A DNA stretch of 64,000 bases from a virus. The DNA lies in the IMG/VR virus record IMGVR_UViG_3300045988_087221. One strand, given 5' to 3'. Under the pieces are notes generated by a model, which made no database searches, was not told the origin of the DNA, and saw only the letters and a list, made by a program, of their open reading frames with translations. Shown in pieces: positions 24,601 to 38,141 of this stretch; the first letter of the stretch is position 1, and the number at the start of each line of letters is the position of its first letter. Position numbers and translations under genes: made by a program.

Positions 24601-27600
24601 TTAGATTTATCTCCTATTGAAGGTTTAAATGAAACATCTAATTAGACTACTTAGTAGGCTATAAATCCTACAGATTTTAAAGCACCTGAATCTTTAAATA
24701 TAGATAAAGATACTGAAGAAGCTGTTAATTAGTTAATTGATTCTGAAGAAGAAACTAAAGATTCACATGAAGTTGAAAATTCAATAAAAAGTGAATTTAC
24801 AGTAATGTCTTGGGGAGATTGTACTTTAGTTGGAGCTAAAGCTGTGGAAGAAACTCATAAAGGTAAAAATGGTAAAGAGTATAAAGGAAATGCATGGCAT
24901 TTTGGACCCGATTAGAATGGGGAGTTACGTAATATATCAGCTTTAACAGATTAGAAATCAGTTTTCTGGTATACAGATAAGCAGACTTTAGAAAAATAGC
25001 TATATTAGGTAAAATCTGCTTTGATTTTTAATCATAGTTATGATGAAACCATTTTAGGTACACATACTAGAGTAATGCCAACTTGTATAACTGACAACTT
25101 TAGTAAAGCTGATTGGGATGCAGGCACTTATGAATTAGAGATTCGTTCTGTTGAAGGGGAAATTCAACCCTCTTTTAAGCCTATGCCAGAAGTAGGTATG
25201 ACTTATAAAGGAAATAAGTATGTGGCTAATATTATATTTAAAGTTAAAAATAAAAAAGGACAAATATGTAAATTTGACTTAGCAGGTATTAATAATCCTG
25301 AGACTTTAGCTAGCAATTTAAGTAAAATAAAAGACAGAATTAGCCAAGAACTTTCTGATCCAACTATTTCTAATGAAAGAAAATCTAAATTACAAAATAT
25401 CCTTAGTACAATCGAAAATAGGTCTTAGAAATGGGCTAATTTGTTTGATTCTTGGATAAACAAATATAATAAAGAAGGTAGTTTTTCTATAGATATAAGT
25501 AAAGCAATAGTTAGATAGAAACATACTTGGTTTACTAAAAGAACTGGATCTGAAATAAGACTGGGAGGTAGAATTGACCCTAATGCTGTTGATAACACTA
25601 AGGATTTTAATAATATGAAAGACAGAAATCCTGGATTTGTATTTTCAGAAGTATATACTTATGCAGCTAAAGACCCTACTCTATTGAATATTGACCCTTC
25701 CTTAAAAGGAAAAGCAGTAGTATTTGTTTCTTCTGATACCTTATTAAAACCAGAAGATTTAGTTAAATAGTACATAAAACAAATTCAAGATCCAGAACAT
25801 AATTAGCCTATAGTTAGAATGATTAGACTTCATAATTATGGTATGACCTTTAGTCAAATGACAAGTAATGAATTCTGTAATAAAATTTAGGGAGGAGATG
25901 ATACTCGACTTCCTTATAGAGCTAATTATCATGGAATTTAGATGTTTGTTTCCTTATGGAACTGGAGAGCTGCTTTAAGTAAATTTAATGAAGCTTTAAA
26001 TAATTGGATGTAGGAAAATTAGTACGATGCTAAGAAACTAGACACATTAATTAAAGCTCAAAATTACTTATTTAATAATAAATAGGTAGATGCAGACACT
26101 TATTTAACTAGTAAAAAATTAACTAGAGCTGATTTAAATAATTTAGAAAAGTTTAACTAGGAAGTATGTAAAGATATACCTACCTTTAGATTAGGTTACT
26201 CAAAAAAACATGACTTTCATGTTTAGCGATTTAAAGTTGCAGGTAGTTAGGCTTATAGAAATAAGTCTGAAGCTAATTTAATAGTTATAACTCCTGATAA
26301 AGCCAAGCAGTTCTATTAGTTAAGTAATAGAATATTAGGAGCCATATGTCCTTCTCCTTATGTTGATACTTTAGGTCTTTAGTTATTACATCCTGGTGCT
26401 TAGAATCCTGATGGAACTAGAGAACCTGATACCCCTTGGGAAGAAAATGAATTTATTGATATAAATAGTGCTGATCATTAGAGAACTCTTTCTGGTTTAT
26501 TTACGTCTGATTTAAGAATTGTAGAAACTAAAAAGGATAAATCTAAAATAGACATTATTTATAAACAAGGTGAGTAGTGGTCTGCAATCCCCAGATATTT
26601 AAATAATATCCTTAGAACCGTTACATTCTTTTAGTATAATCCTGATTAGCTTTCAGGCACCTATACAGAATCTGCTAAAGTATCTTGGGATGATAATGGA
26701 ACAAAGAAAACAGTAAGTACTTAGATAGGGGATTTATTTGGCAATGGAGGATTATTAAAAACAAGAAATGATACCAAAGTTAAATCAGGAGAACATCCTG
26801 ATAGAAGTCTTGCAGATATGTTCGACTTAATGTTCCATGGAACTACTGATGATATTCATAGAAAATATGATAAGAACAATCCATTAATGAGAGCAGATGA
26901 TGCTAGATTCCCTTATGGCTTTTTTATTAATCCTGATATATCTAGAACTAAAGAGAGTGCTAGTTCTACTGATATAATTAGTATTAAAGCAGGAAAAGAA
27001 ACTGTATTTTATCCTATTAAAACCTCTGATGAATTATTTACTTCCGACAATGATTTAAGAGCAGCAGGAATTGATTTATCTATTGATGAACTGTTAAATA
27101 ACACAGTAAGTCCAACTAATTCTACAAATACTTAGACTAGTACTGCTCCAGCAACTACTCAGCCTAAAATAATTCCATTAGAATAGAGAATGCCTGTAGC
27201 TGCAGAAGTTCTTAAACAGGTTAATGACTCAGGTTTTAACTTTGATGAAGATACCCTAGAAGAGGCTGTTGATAAATTAAATGAAATTACTAAGAACTCG
27301 ATAATAGATGTATTTAAAACAGTTGGTTAGGACTAGGCTTTAGAGCTGCCTATAAATTACACTTATTAGAAAACTGGAGATGTTAAGAAATAGACTTTAA
27401 AGGATATAATTAGTTCTTAGGTTCAAGGAGAATTTAATTTAAAAACTAAGAGTATTAATGGAGAATCTAAATTAATAGTGGAAAATAACGGAACTGAGTA
27501 CGAATTAGATACTGAAACCTGGACTCTTAAAGGCGATTAGGTATAGAAAGTCAATAATAAATTGGATGAGTTAATTAACTTTAACGGTAAAGAAGTAAAA

Positions 27601-27840
27601 AAATCAGTAGCCCTTAATTAGCTATTAAATAGTTAGGAATTTAAAAATAAACTTGACGATACTAGCACTCTAGATGAATTTATATAGAAATTAAACACTC
27701 TTATAAATAATGCTAAAACTCTTAATGAGGATTAGATTTCTGAGGCATTACATAAATTGAAAGATGACCTTAATTATGTAGATATAACTGGACTAATATA
27801 TGATGATTATCCAGAGTTATATAAAATATTTGAATGTTAA
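18619..27840 (+). CDS. Giant protein (3073 aa) with an embedded SF1 (RecD/Pif1-like) helicase core and hydrophobic N-terminal segments; TAG-recoded
   Basis: ATG at 18619, TAA at 27838..27840. Track ORFs 19162, 20020, 20422, 25021 and 26818 are all in frame 1. I read 20.7-23.5 kb codon by codon and found only TAG interruptions. Confidence 0.7.
23461..24480 (+). other. SF1 helicase motif set inside the 3073-aa protein
   Basis: Walker A is VIITGDAGSGKTS (23461..). Walker B is ILAIDEATH (about 23803..23829). Motif III is LLGDEKQ, with Q = TAG at 23911..23913. Motif V is MQGQEFEYVVID, with the Q of QG = TAG at 24331..24333. Motif VI is LYTLMSRGKTASIFI. Confidence 0.7.
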
Positions 27841-30800
27841 TGGCAGTATGTAACTTGCTAAATACCTATAGTCCAGCAGATATAGGTAGAGCCTTAATGA
27901 CTTATTCGCGTGACGAGAATGCTGATAAATTTATTGATAGATTTATAAACAAATAGGGAATACCTAAAACAACTAGATATAAATTAGATTCGTTAGATTC
28001 TGAAGATAGTATTTAGAAATCTATTCAAGGATTTAATAAATCTATGGATGATGCAATAGCAGCACTAACTTCTAGAAAACCGGATTTGCTTCCTAAATTT
28101 AATGAATTAAGAAGTAAAGTATTAGAAACCCTTCATGTAGACTTAGACGAACACTCGTCTGGGTCTACTCCAGAGGGAGATAGTTCTATTGAAGCTAAAA
28201 CTACTTTTGAAATATTAGATAATAATTAGTTAAGTTTAGATGAACATCTTAAAGAAATATATGGTACTGGAGCATATAATATTATTAGACAACTAAAAGA
28301 AGGATTTAATGACAACCTTTTTGCAGCATGTTATTATAATGTAGCTAATGGAGTCTTAGTTGTACAAGCAGATAATGTGTTAAATTAGAATCTTATTAAT
28401 CTTAAAAATAAATATTTTAAGTAGATAGTAGAATATTTAAAGTCAGTAGATTCTAAGTATGAAAAATTACCTAATGAATTTGTAAATGAAGAAGGATTTA
28501 TAGGAGGTAAGTATTTTTATGTAATGCAAGCTTTTTATGATCATATGAAACATATTCCTAATTTACAATAGACTCTAGATAGTTTATCCTCTAAAAGACT
28601 TAATAATTATGATAAAGTATCTAATACACAGGCATATACTTAGGTAGTAAATGTTTTATTACAAAATCCGGATTTTAAAAAGACCCTATTTAATATTTAT
28701 AGGTCTGGAAAATAGCAAGATAATGTAAGGAATACATTGTATTTAGCAGACCATTTGTCTTCCTATTTCTATGAAGTTAAAAGATTATTAAATACTAAGA
28801 AATATCAAGATTTATTAGATACTGAAATAGACGGAAAAACAATCAAAGATATATTAGATAGTTTTGAATTAGAAAATAATGATTTATTAAATGCTGCAAA
28901 TGCGTATACCTCTCTAATTCATTTTGATGAAATGCTAGTAGACTCTTTAGGAGATGCCATTGACATCAAACAGGGATAGAAAGGAATGGAGTTTGGAGAC
29001 CCTACCAAATATTCATACAAATAGGAAACAGCTCATTAGAAAAAAAGTTGGCAACAAAGTGAATCAGTAGAATCAGAAAAATATATAGCAAATGTAGTTA
29101 AAGCATTCTTTAGTTAGATAAGAGTGTTAAATTATAAAACTGACCAATTTTAGAATAGAAGATTAAATAGCACTTCAGTTATTGTGGCTGCCAGAAATCT
29201 TATTGATGATGTTCTATATAATAAACTTGATTTATTGCAATGGGCTAGGAATAACGATAATAGGGAATAGGCTGTTAATGATTTTGCTTTAGCTTTAATA
29301 GATTTACATGAGAATCCATAGAATTAGTTATATAAAGCCTTAAGTTTGTTATTTGAACCGATAAAAGGAAGCAGTTAGAGATTAATTGACACAATTCCAT
29401 TAAATAATACTACTGCGACTACCGAATATGATTTAAATATATTATATTCATTATATGAAGCTGCTTTAAATGAAAGTAATCCAAATTCTTTAAGATCTTA
29501 GGAATTAAAAAATGCTAAACAGATAAACGGTACAGTTGCTTAGTTGTCTGCTGAAATATCGGGTATTATAGATAGGAATACTACTATGCATTATCTTGAA
29601 ACGTCTTTTGATGGCAAAACTGGTATGGTTCAAATTAAGGTAAAGAAAAGATACTTTAATAATGCAGATACTTACAAAACTAGGGTAAGAATTAATAGAA
29701 ATATTAATAATGCTTCAGCTTCTGAACGTGAAGCTAGACGTAGTAAGTGGTAGTTTGACACTATTAATACTGTAGATGGCAATAAACAGTATTCTATAGT
29801 AATTGGAGATGAAAAAGTTACTTATATATCTACTCAGATATTAAATTCCGATGGTAAATATTAGAATAATGAATTATTTAATGATTTAAATAAAATTGAT
29901 TTAACTTCCTTTAGATAGAAATTACTTAGAAATGAGGAACTCACTGAACGGGAAAGAAAATTAAAAGATCTATTATCTTTTATTGATGACCATTTAAGTT
30001 TAAAGATTCTAGATAACCCTTCATAGAAAATTCAGCAGCTTGAGATATTTCAGTAGTTAAATAAGGATAATTTAAAGAATTTAACTACGTTAGCTATTAA
30101 AGCAGCCTATGTTAATTATCTCTATGATGAGGCTGGAGACTAGGATTTTGCATAGTATTTATCTAATACAGGTAAAGATGGAATTTATCGAATTTATGAA
30201 AATAATAAAAAGAGCAAACTGTTTACTAATATGTTTAATAACTTAAAAATTACAGTTGCTTCTTTTAAGGATAGTATACTTGAAGCTTGGAGTGACGCTT
30301 ATTCCATGTAGTCAGGAGAAGCTTCTAAGGCTACTACTAAAAATAAAGCTGGTGATAATATTCCAAATAATAGTGTAAATAAATTAGGTACTAATATTCA
30401 TCATTATTTATTTAAATAGAAAGATACTAATGCAAATAGTTTGTTCTTTGTTCAAGATTCTACTAAAATTAAAGGTATTCAACATGACTTAGAAGCTACT
30501 TCACAGTGGCAAGAGTCTAAATAGTTAAAGAATTTTTCGTAGGGAGAGTTATTCTTTCATTCTGTATTTAATAAGTTCTGGGGAAGCTATTTACAATATG
30601 GAACATTTATAATATAGCCTACAGCTTATTCTGATAAAACTACTTTCATTAATTATGAAATTACTAAGAATCTATTTGGAGACGATATTATAAATGATGA
30701 AAATCTAAAAGACACTATAGTTAAAGAGACTATTAACACTATAGGCACCTTTTATAAAAATGTATGGAATTCAACTAAAAATAAACTGCAAAGACTAACT

Positions 30801-33800
30801 GATGCCTATAATAATTAGCATGGGACTAACTATACATATCAATAGATGTTAGCTAATATTACTGAGCCAGAATTAATTAAACTAGCTGATTCCATTGGCG
30901 AGAAAGTTACTTTAGATGCTGATTATCGAAAGGCAGGTAAACATTTAGCTGTAAATGAACTCTTATAGTATTATGCCGAAGAGTTATATGCTAACAAAGG
31001 CACTTTGAATGCCTTCTTAGAGCAATAGAAACATTTATTTGTACAAAACTTTCTTGATAATAACTGCACTTATCAAGTAGTTAATTTAAATGATTCAGTA
31101 GATAATTATTATGGTGAAAAGTTACCTGAATCTATTTCTAATAATCCTATCATGTAGACTATTTTAGGATTATATAAGAATGACTCTAAGGGTAGAAGTG
31201 CTTTCTTTAAAAACTGGGTAGATGCTAAGACAGGTAAGTTGATTTTAGCTAAATAGAATGGTTTAAACATTATATCTAATACTAAAATAGATTCTAGTAA
31301 AGATATTGTAGTAAATCCATTGCTTGATAAATTCTTCTATGTTGAAGGATTCTTAAGTAATAATTTACGTATGAGTTTAACTGGTTCTGAGATTAATCAC
31401 CCGGATAAAGCTAAACAAACCACCTATAATTTAGTAAAATCTTGTGATAATTCTGTAGATTTCTTTACAAAAACTAAAATGTAGGTAGATGAAAATACTT
31501 TCTAGCAAGCTAAAGAGTTTTTAAATACAACTAACTCTGTTGCTGACTTAAAATATACTACAATACCTGCTAATATATCAAGCTTTATAAATGATATTTA
31601 TCATTAGTCTATGACTATGATAGCTAATGTAGCTTAGGGTACTTAGTTTAAGCGTAATGTAATTATACCTGCCACTTTACAGTACTGTCTACCTAAAGTT
31701 ATAAATGGTATTTCTGCTAAAACTAAATGTGCAGTAATTAGAGACGAGGGCGCCTCAGTGTATAACTATAGAGGAGACCATGAAGATGATATTGATTCTG
31801 CGGATGGTTCTGCTCAAATTAATCCATTCTAGTCTATTTTGGAGAATAAAGCATTAGGTTCTCAGGCTGTAGGATTTATTAAAAAACCTATTTGGCATGC
31901 TTATGACCCAGTAACAGGTACTGCATTCTTAGCTAAGTTTGCAACCGATACTATCACTAATGAAACTATGCGAGCTTCCTTAAATTCTCACACTAGTCTT
32001 TTTAAAATGTTTAAAAAGATGACTAACTTACCATGGAAGGGTGATGTGGATTTAATGCAATCCATAGCTTTAGGTAATCTTGATGAATCTAAAACTTTGG
32101 CTACAGTTAGGTGGTTTAATAATGTTATTCTTGGAAATGCTGACGGAATTAAAAACAATTAGTTATACTATAAAAATAAATATGGTGACTAGGTTCAAAT
32201 TACTGGTTTTAATAAAACTATAACTAAAGAAGGAAATACTCTATACTATACTACAGAGGCACCTGTAATTAAGGGTATAGAAGCTCCTTCGCATAAAGTG
32301 TATCATGTATTTTATGATTCCCCTAACTAGAAAAGTAATCATATTACTTTTGATACTTGGCAATAGGCATAGGCATTTTTAATGGATTAGTCTAATCCAG
32401 AAATGACTAATAAACATACCATTAATTCTTTATTTGAATTACATACAGCTTTAGGAGGTATTAATTGCATTGATAGTAAGGGAAACTACTCAGAATTTAG
32501 TAACGAGGTGGTTGTTAATTTTATGAATGCAGTTGGTCATAAAGTTAATGAAGGTACTGACAATGTTCCTCTTGATTAGGATAATTATATATAGCCTCTT
32601 AAATAGTATCATATTGGTTATGCTTTAAATAATACAGCAGTAAAAAATGGTGCATAGAATATTAATCAGTCTAGTGCTTGGTATGATGATAAAGACCTTA
32701 GTTACTTTGAAGTAGACTCAGATGGTCTTGGAATGTAGATGAATGCTGACCATGATATTATAGACTCTGAACTTACAGAGTTTTCTTAGGTTATTACTGC
32801 TACATCAGCATATGGATTTACCTATGATAACACTGATGAAATATTTTAGGGTCTTGGAAGAGCTTCCTTAGCTACTACTAAGAAAATGAGTAAAGCTGTA
32901 GATACTTTTATTCAGAATTTTGAAGATCCAAAACAAGCTTAGTCAGATTTATATGACGCTATTGGTAGAATTGTAATGAAATCTTCTTCTATTAAAGATA
33001 GGGAGAGTTTATAGCATGTAATTATGTAGGCAGTAGAATCTGTATTCTATAAAAGTAAAAATCACTAGCAAGATAGTTCTAAAATACCATTTAGTGACCC
33101 TAATGTATATTCTGATTTCATTGCTACATTAGCCAGTACAATTAACAAAGAAGCTATCAAACGTAAGCACCCAGGTTCTGGATGTGTTATGGTTCCTGCT
33201 TATCATATGATTCAATATTTTGAATTTGGTGGTGAAAAATTAATGGCAACTGACATCTTAAAAAGAGCATAGGAAGATTATAAATAGTCTCTAATTACTC
33301 TATTATAGGGTCATCAGGATTATACTCCAGAAACTAATTCTATAGGAGAGTTTTTTATAAATGGACAATCCATTAAATAGTTAGAAGATTAGGTACAAAA
33401 ATTAAAAATAGAAAATCCTGATAGAATTGATACATAGGATATAACTAGTTATAATCATTAGCTTATTTAGAGATATTTAAATAGAAAGCAACAAGAAGTA
33501 GAAATAAGACCTGATAAAAGTTGGTTTATGCCTTCCGATAATGTAAATATTATTGACTCTGAAGGCAAAGTTCATACTGTAGAATTAAATTCTATGGATG
33601 ACTATTACAAGTTTAAGGATGGAATTAACGATATAGAAATAGCTAATAATGTATCTATAAAAGTTGATTATAAAAAAGGTACATATAAAATAACTTCACC
33701 TACAGCAGAGTTAAATTTAACTAAGGTTGATGGTAAATGGATAGCAGACTCTTCAGAATTATCTGCTATAGCTACTTAGTTGGTTGGTAAAGTTATACTA

Positions 33801-36800
33801 CCAAATGGTGAGGTAGTTACCGGAGAAAGACAGTAGTATGATTTTAAATATTAGGAAAATATAGTTAGACCCCATGATTTAAGACCTTCTTTACTTAGAT
33901 GGTAGGATTCTGAAACAGGAGAATATATGAATATATTCGATTCTCCAGTTATTAGAGACGCTTATACTAATCCTGAAGGTAAAAAAGCTAATCACCAATC
34001 ATTAGTTTAGGCTGAATTAAATAATATCCATAATGGAACTTATACTGATAGATTCGGTAACGAGAAAACTATTATGTAGGGAAGTTTACAGAATTATGCT
34101 GCTGAACTTGTGATGTCTAATATCTATAAAGATAAGTTTGGAATAGAAAATGAATCTCTTGCTGAAGTTCTTAAATAGGGAGAGGACTATTTTTATAAGA
34201 AGTTTAATAAAATAAATGCTCCTGCTAATACTAGTTATGATTTTGCTTTTGTAAAAGATACAGGTAATACTACTTTAATTACTTTAACACCAGTTAAAAA
34301 TAATGATTATATTTAGTATAAGGGATTTGAAGCCAGTTAGTTAAGCACTAATGATAAAGAAGAAATTTATTTAACTAGAGGTAATAGGGATTTATTTAAA
34401 GTTGGTAAATGGATTAACGCTCCAGATGTTACATATAAAGATGGGGAATTTATAAATAATGATGGTATAGTATTAGATCCTAATCAGTATAGATTAAGGG
34501 ATTTAGATGATCCAACTTCTGTTCAAAGACGTGTTGATTACATTAAATAGTATGTAGAAACTACTAAATAGATAGTAAAAGGAAGAGTTGTTTATAAAAC
34601 TAACACCCTTTATGAAATAGCTCCATTATCTGATTTTGAGATAGCTTTAGGTAATAAAGAAGATGCAGCTAAATAGAGAGCTTCTCTTGTTGCTAAAATT
34701 TATAGAGCAGATAATTATAAATTAGCTTAGGTAAATAACTCTAAAACATATAGTAAGGATGCTTTTAATCATATTAAGTCTGCAAGTAGTTTCTTCTTGG
34801 GAAATTAGTTAATTGGTTAGGATGTAAAAGACTTATTATAGACTTAGTTAGATAGTATTACAACTACTAATCAATAGAAATCTAAAGATGAACTTATAGC
34901 TTTATCTAAAGAAAATAAGGCTACGTATAAAGAATTATTAGAAGCTTTCTTAAGAAAAGAAGCACATAAACGATATATTAGTTTCTTAGATTCTTAGAAC
35001 TTTATAGCTGCTCGTATTCCTGCTCAATCTTTATAGTCCTTTATGACTATGAAAAATATAGCATGGACTGAAAACTCTAAAAATATATCTTATGTAAGTC
35101 ATTTCTAGACTTATTTATAGGGTTCTGACTATGATATTGATAAGGCTTATATAATGGGACAGTCTTATGATGAAAATGCTGCTTATATAGGATGGAGTCC
35201 TTTATTTAATTATAATAGTGTAGAAACTCTACAAGCTAGTAAGACTTTACCTATTCCTAAACGTATCGTTGTATATAAAGGTGATTATGATATATCTAGT
35301 GAGATAAATACTTTAATTAATTTAGCTGAAAACTAGGATGTAAATGAAGTATTATAGAATGTGCATAAATTGGGTAATGCAGCTTTCATTAGATAGTTAT
35401 CTAAAATAATTAGAATTGCTGAACAACATAATGGTATTAATTATTCAGGTGATGCCAAGGTATTAAACACTTTAATAGAAACCATTAATAAACATGAGAA
35501 TTACCTTATTTCTGATAATGTAGCAGAATCAGCATTTAAAAATGTAGCTTCTGCAAACATTTATTAGGTATCACATGATATTAGAAATCGTGATTAGGCA
35601 TATACAGCTATTGCTATGGGTATTATGCGTAAAGCCGCTGATAATTCTCCAAAAGGTAACTAGGCAGCTACTTTAAATATGCTTAATCCTATGACTAAAT
35701 ATATTATGTAGTATCAAAACCTTGTGGGTAAGAATGTGATTAGTGTGGCGGCTAATGGCGAAAAAGTATGGTTTAATACTTTTTATTATTGGACAAAAGT
35801 GCTAAAGTCTGGTAATTAGGAGGCAATAAATAAATTAAAATTTTAGCATACTTATAAAAGAATAAATGGAAGAGCTAAGGGCACCCCAATAGAATAGACT
35901 ATTAATCATATTCCTGATTTAAATAAGTATGATGAACAAATAAAGTCTACATTATAGAGTCAATTTGGGGTTCTTGATAATGAAGATTATAAATATGTTG
36001 ATCAATTAATCTCTTAGCTTCTTTCTGCAGCCACTGATAATGCTAAAGAGCTTATTCTTGCTAAGATAAATGCAGGAACTAATTTTGCTAGAATGTATGT
36101 ATATGGAATGATGATGGGATTAAACATAAACGATTTAGTTGCATTTATGACTAGTCCAGTATCAGAACTCATAGATTAGTTAGCTAATCCTAATATGTTC
36201 TAGAATGAAAGTGGTAATGCATCTATGGCTATTAATTTAGCTTAGGGTATTGTTGGAGTTAAGAAATTCTTACATGGACAAATAAGAACAACTTAGGAGG
36301 ATATCGATACTGGAGAGCAAAGAACTACTTGGATAAATAAAAATAGATATGTAACTAACTATTTAAAAAATACTGATATTTATGATTTAGTTAAATAGAA
36401 TGCTGGATTGTCTGAGGAAGAAGATATTAAAGGGTTAGGAAGTATTATGCAAGCTTATATTAATTATGCTATAATTAATAAGGATGTAGATTTAACTGAA
36501 TTAATTGATACTGATGATGTTGAAGTTAACTCTTATCTTAGATACTATCAAGATTTAACAGATAAATTGAGACAGGTTAGAGCACAGTATAATAAAGATT
36601 CTGATTTTAAAGGTGATATAGAAGAATTTAGAAATCTATATAATGATGCCTCTGAAATTTCTACAATATCATCTGCTTGGTTAGGACTTAATTAGGGATT
36701 ACCTACTTCTGAGTTAGATTTACTTTCTAGAATGAATCGTATGTCTAAAATAGTTAGTGACCGAGAGAAAGCTCTAAATATGAATGTATCTAAAATATAT

Positions 36801-38138
36801 CCTAAAGAAGGGGCTAAGGAAAAGGAAATTTAGGAAGCAGAATAGGCTAAAGAATAGTTAATTAATAGACTACACGAAAATAATCCTACTTTGGACCCAG
36901 AGTATATAGCAAATGAGTTAGATATTGCTCACGAACAAGATTTAATTAATAACTTTGATATATATAAATATTTAGTAGATGATGAATATAGAAAACAAGC
37001 ATCTGATTACTATGATATAATTAAAAGTACTGCTAATGTGTTTGAAATGATGGAGTAGATTCCACATTATAAATAGATTTTATAGTTGTTTAAGTCACTT
37101 GTTGTAGCAAATAATACCTTTGCATCCAAAAGTAGATTAGTTAATAAGCTATTGGCTAATTCTGAAAGTGTTAATGATAAATAGTTAAATGGAGTAATTA
37201 AATATGTGGATAAGTTAAATACATTATCTTTTATGAGAACACTCACTCCTATAGCTGTTAATTAGGTAGATGGATTTGATCCATATTTTTAGAGCATTAA
37301 AGTCAACAAAATCGATCCAAGTACTATAAATGGTATAGCTACTTTAAAACATTGGGTTGAGCATGAGTTTCTTAGTTACTTAAAGGAAAATTACTCTAAT
37401 AATTCTTTAGTTAAACATCTTACCTTAGTGCCTTATAATAATACAGAGGTATTAGCAACTGATATAGATTTGCTTAATCCTGATATAACCATATAGTCTA
37501 GAGAGGCTTATGATGATATATTAAGAGGAATGGCTGATTTTGAGACTAGATAGTACTAGGGGGATTATACTATTGCAGATATTTTACAAATGTATAATAT
37601 AGCAGTAAACAATAACTAGTATGGTGGTGAACGTCTTACTACATCTTTTAAAGTTTGTACTAATCCTAAAAATATTTTAAATTAGTATTTAAAATTTATA
37701 TCCGATTAGGACTGGGATATCGAAACAGATTAGGAATATAACTATACTGATTATTAGATAGCAGCGGCTCCTATAATCAGTACTTATGCGGAAAGCTACC
37801 ATTAGGAGCCTTTTGTTAAAGTAAATAACCCTATTCGGAGATATGTACTCAAAAAATTAGATAGTAATAACTAGTACTAGGAGTATGATTTAATTCCACC
37901 GCCTGTACCAGATGAAAACTATCAAAGTAAAATGAATAGATTGCAGAATTTTAGTGAGAATAGTCCTTTAGAAATGCCTAATATGCATAATACATTATTC
38001 TTAACTAAGACTGTGGATTTTGATGGTAAATTTGAGGATTTAGATGCAGATGAACAAAAATAGACTATAGATGGTATTAGAAACTTGTTAACTTAGTATA
38101 TAACTTCTAATAAAGCTTCACTTATAAAAGACTGTTAA
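27840..38138 (+). CDS. Giant protein (3432 aa) with two double-psi beta-barrel RNAP-like motifs: candidate crAss-type virion-packaged RNA polymerase; TAG-recoded
   Basis: ATG at 27840 (TAATG coupling), TAA at 38136..38138. Track ORFs 28044, 28737, 29544, 31839, 33528, 35154 and 36408 are all in frame 0. Confidence 0.7.
31803..31829 (+). other. Possible beta-subunit-like DPBB segment (ADGSAQINPF)
   Basis: DDIDSADGSAQINPFQSILENKALGSQ loosely parallels bacterial beta ...dG.pvDiilNPlgvPSRMniGQ. This is tentative and by eye only. Confidence 0.35.
35007..35141 (+). other. Beta-prime-like DPBB catalytic segment: AARIPAQSLQS ... GSDYDIDKAYIM
   Basis: It parallels NRAPTLHRLGIQAF ... NADFDGDQMAVH of multisubunit RNAPs and the DYDGD motif of QDE-1-type enzymes. 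D-Y-D-I-D is encoded at 35127..35141. Confidence 0.6.
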
Positions 38139-38141
38139 TTA

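Noticed and set aside
31785-31811. DDIDSADGS might be the catalytic Asp triad or a T7-like RNAP motif A.
   Set aside because: The spacing does not fit D-x-D-x-D. A much better beta-prime-like pair (RIPAQSLQS plus DYDID) lies at 35007..35141. I keep this segment only as a tentative beta-like barrel element.
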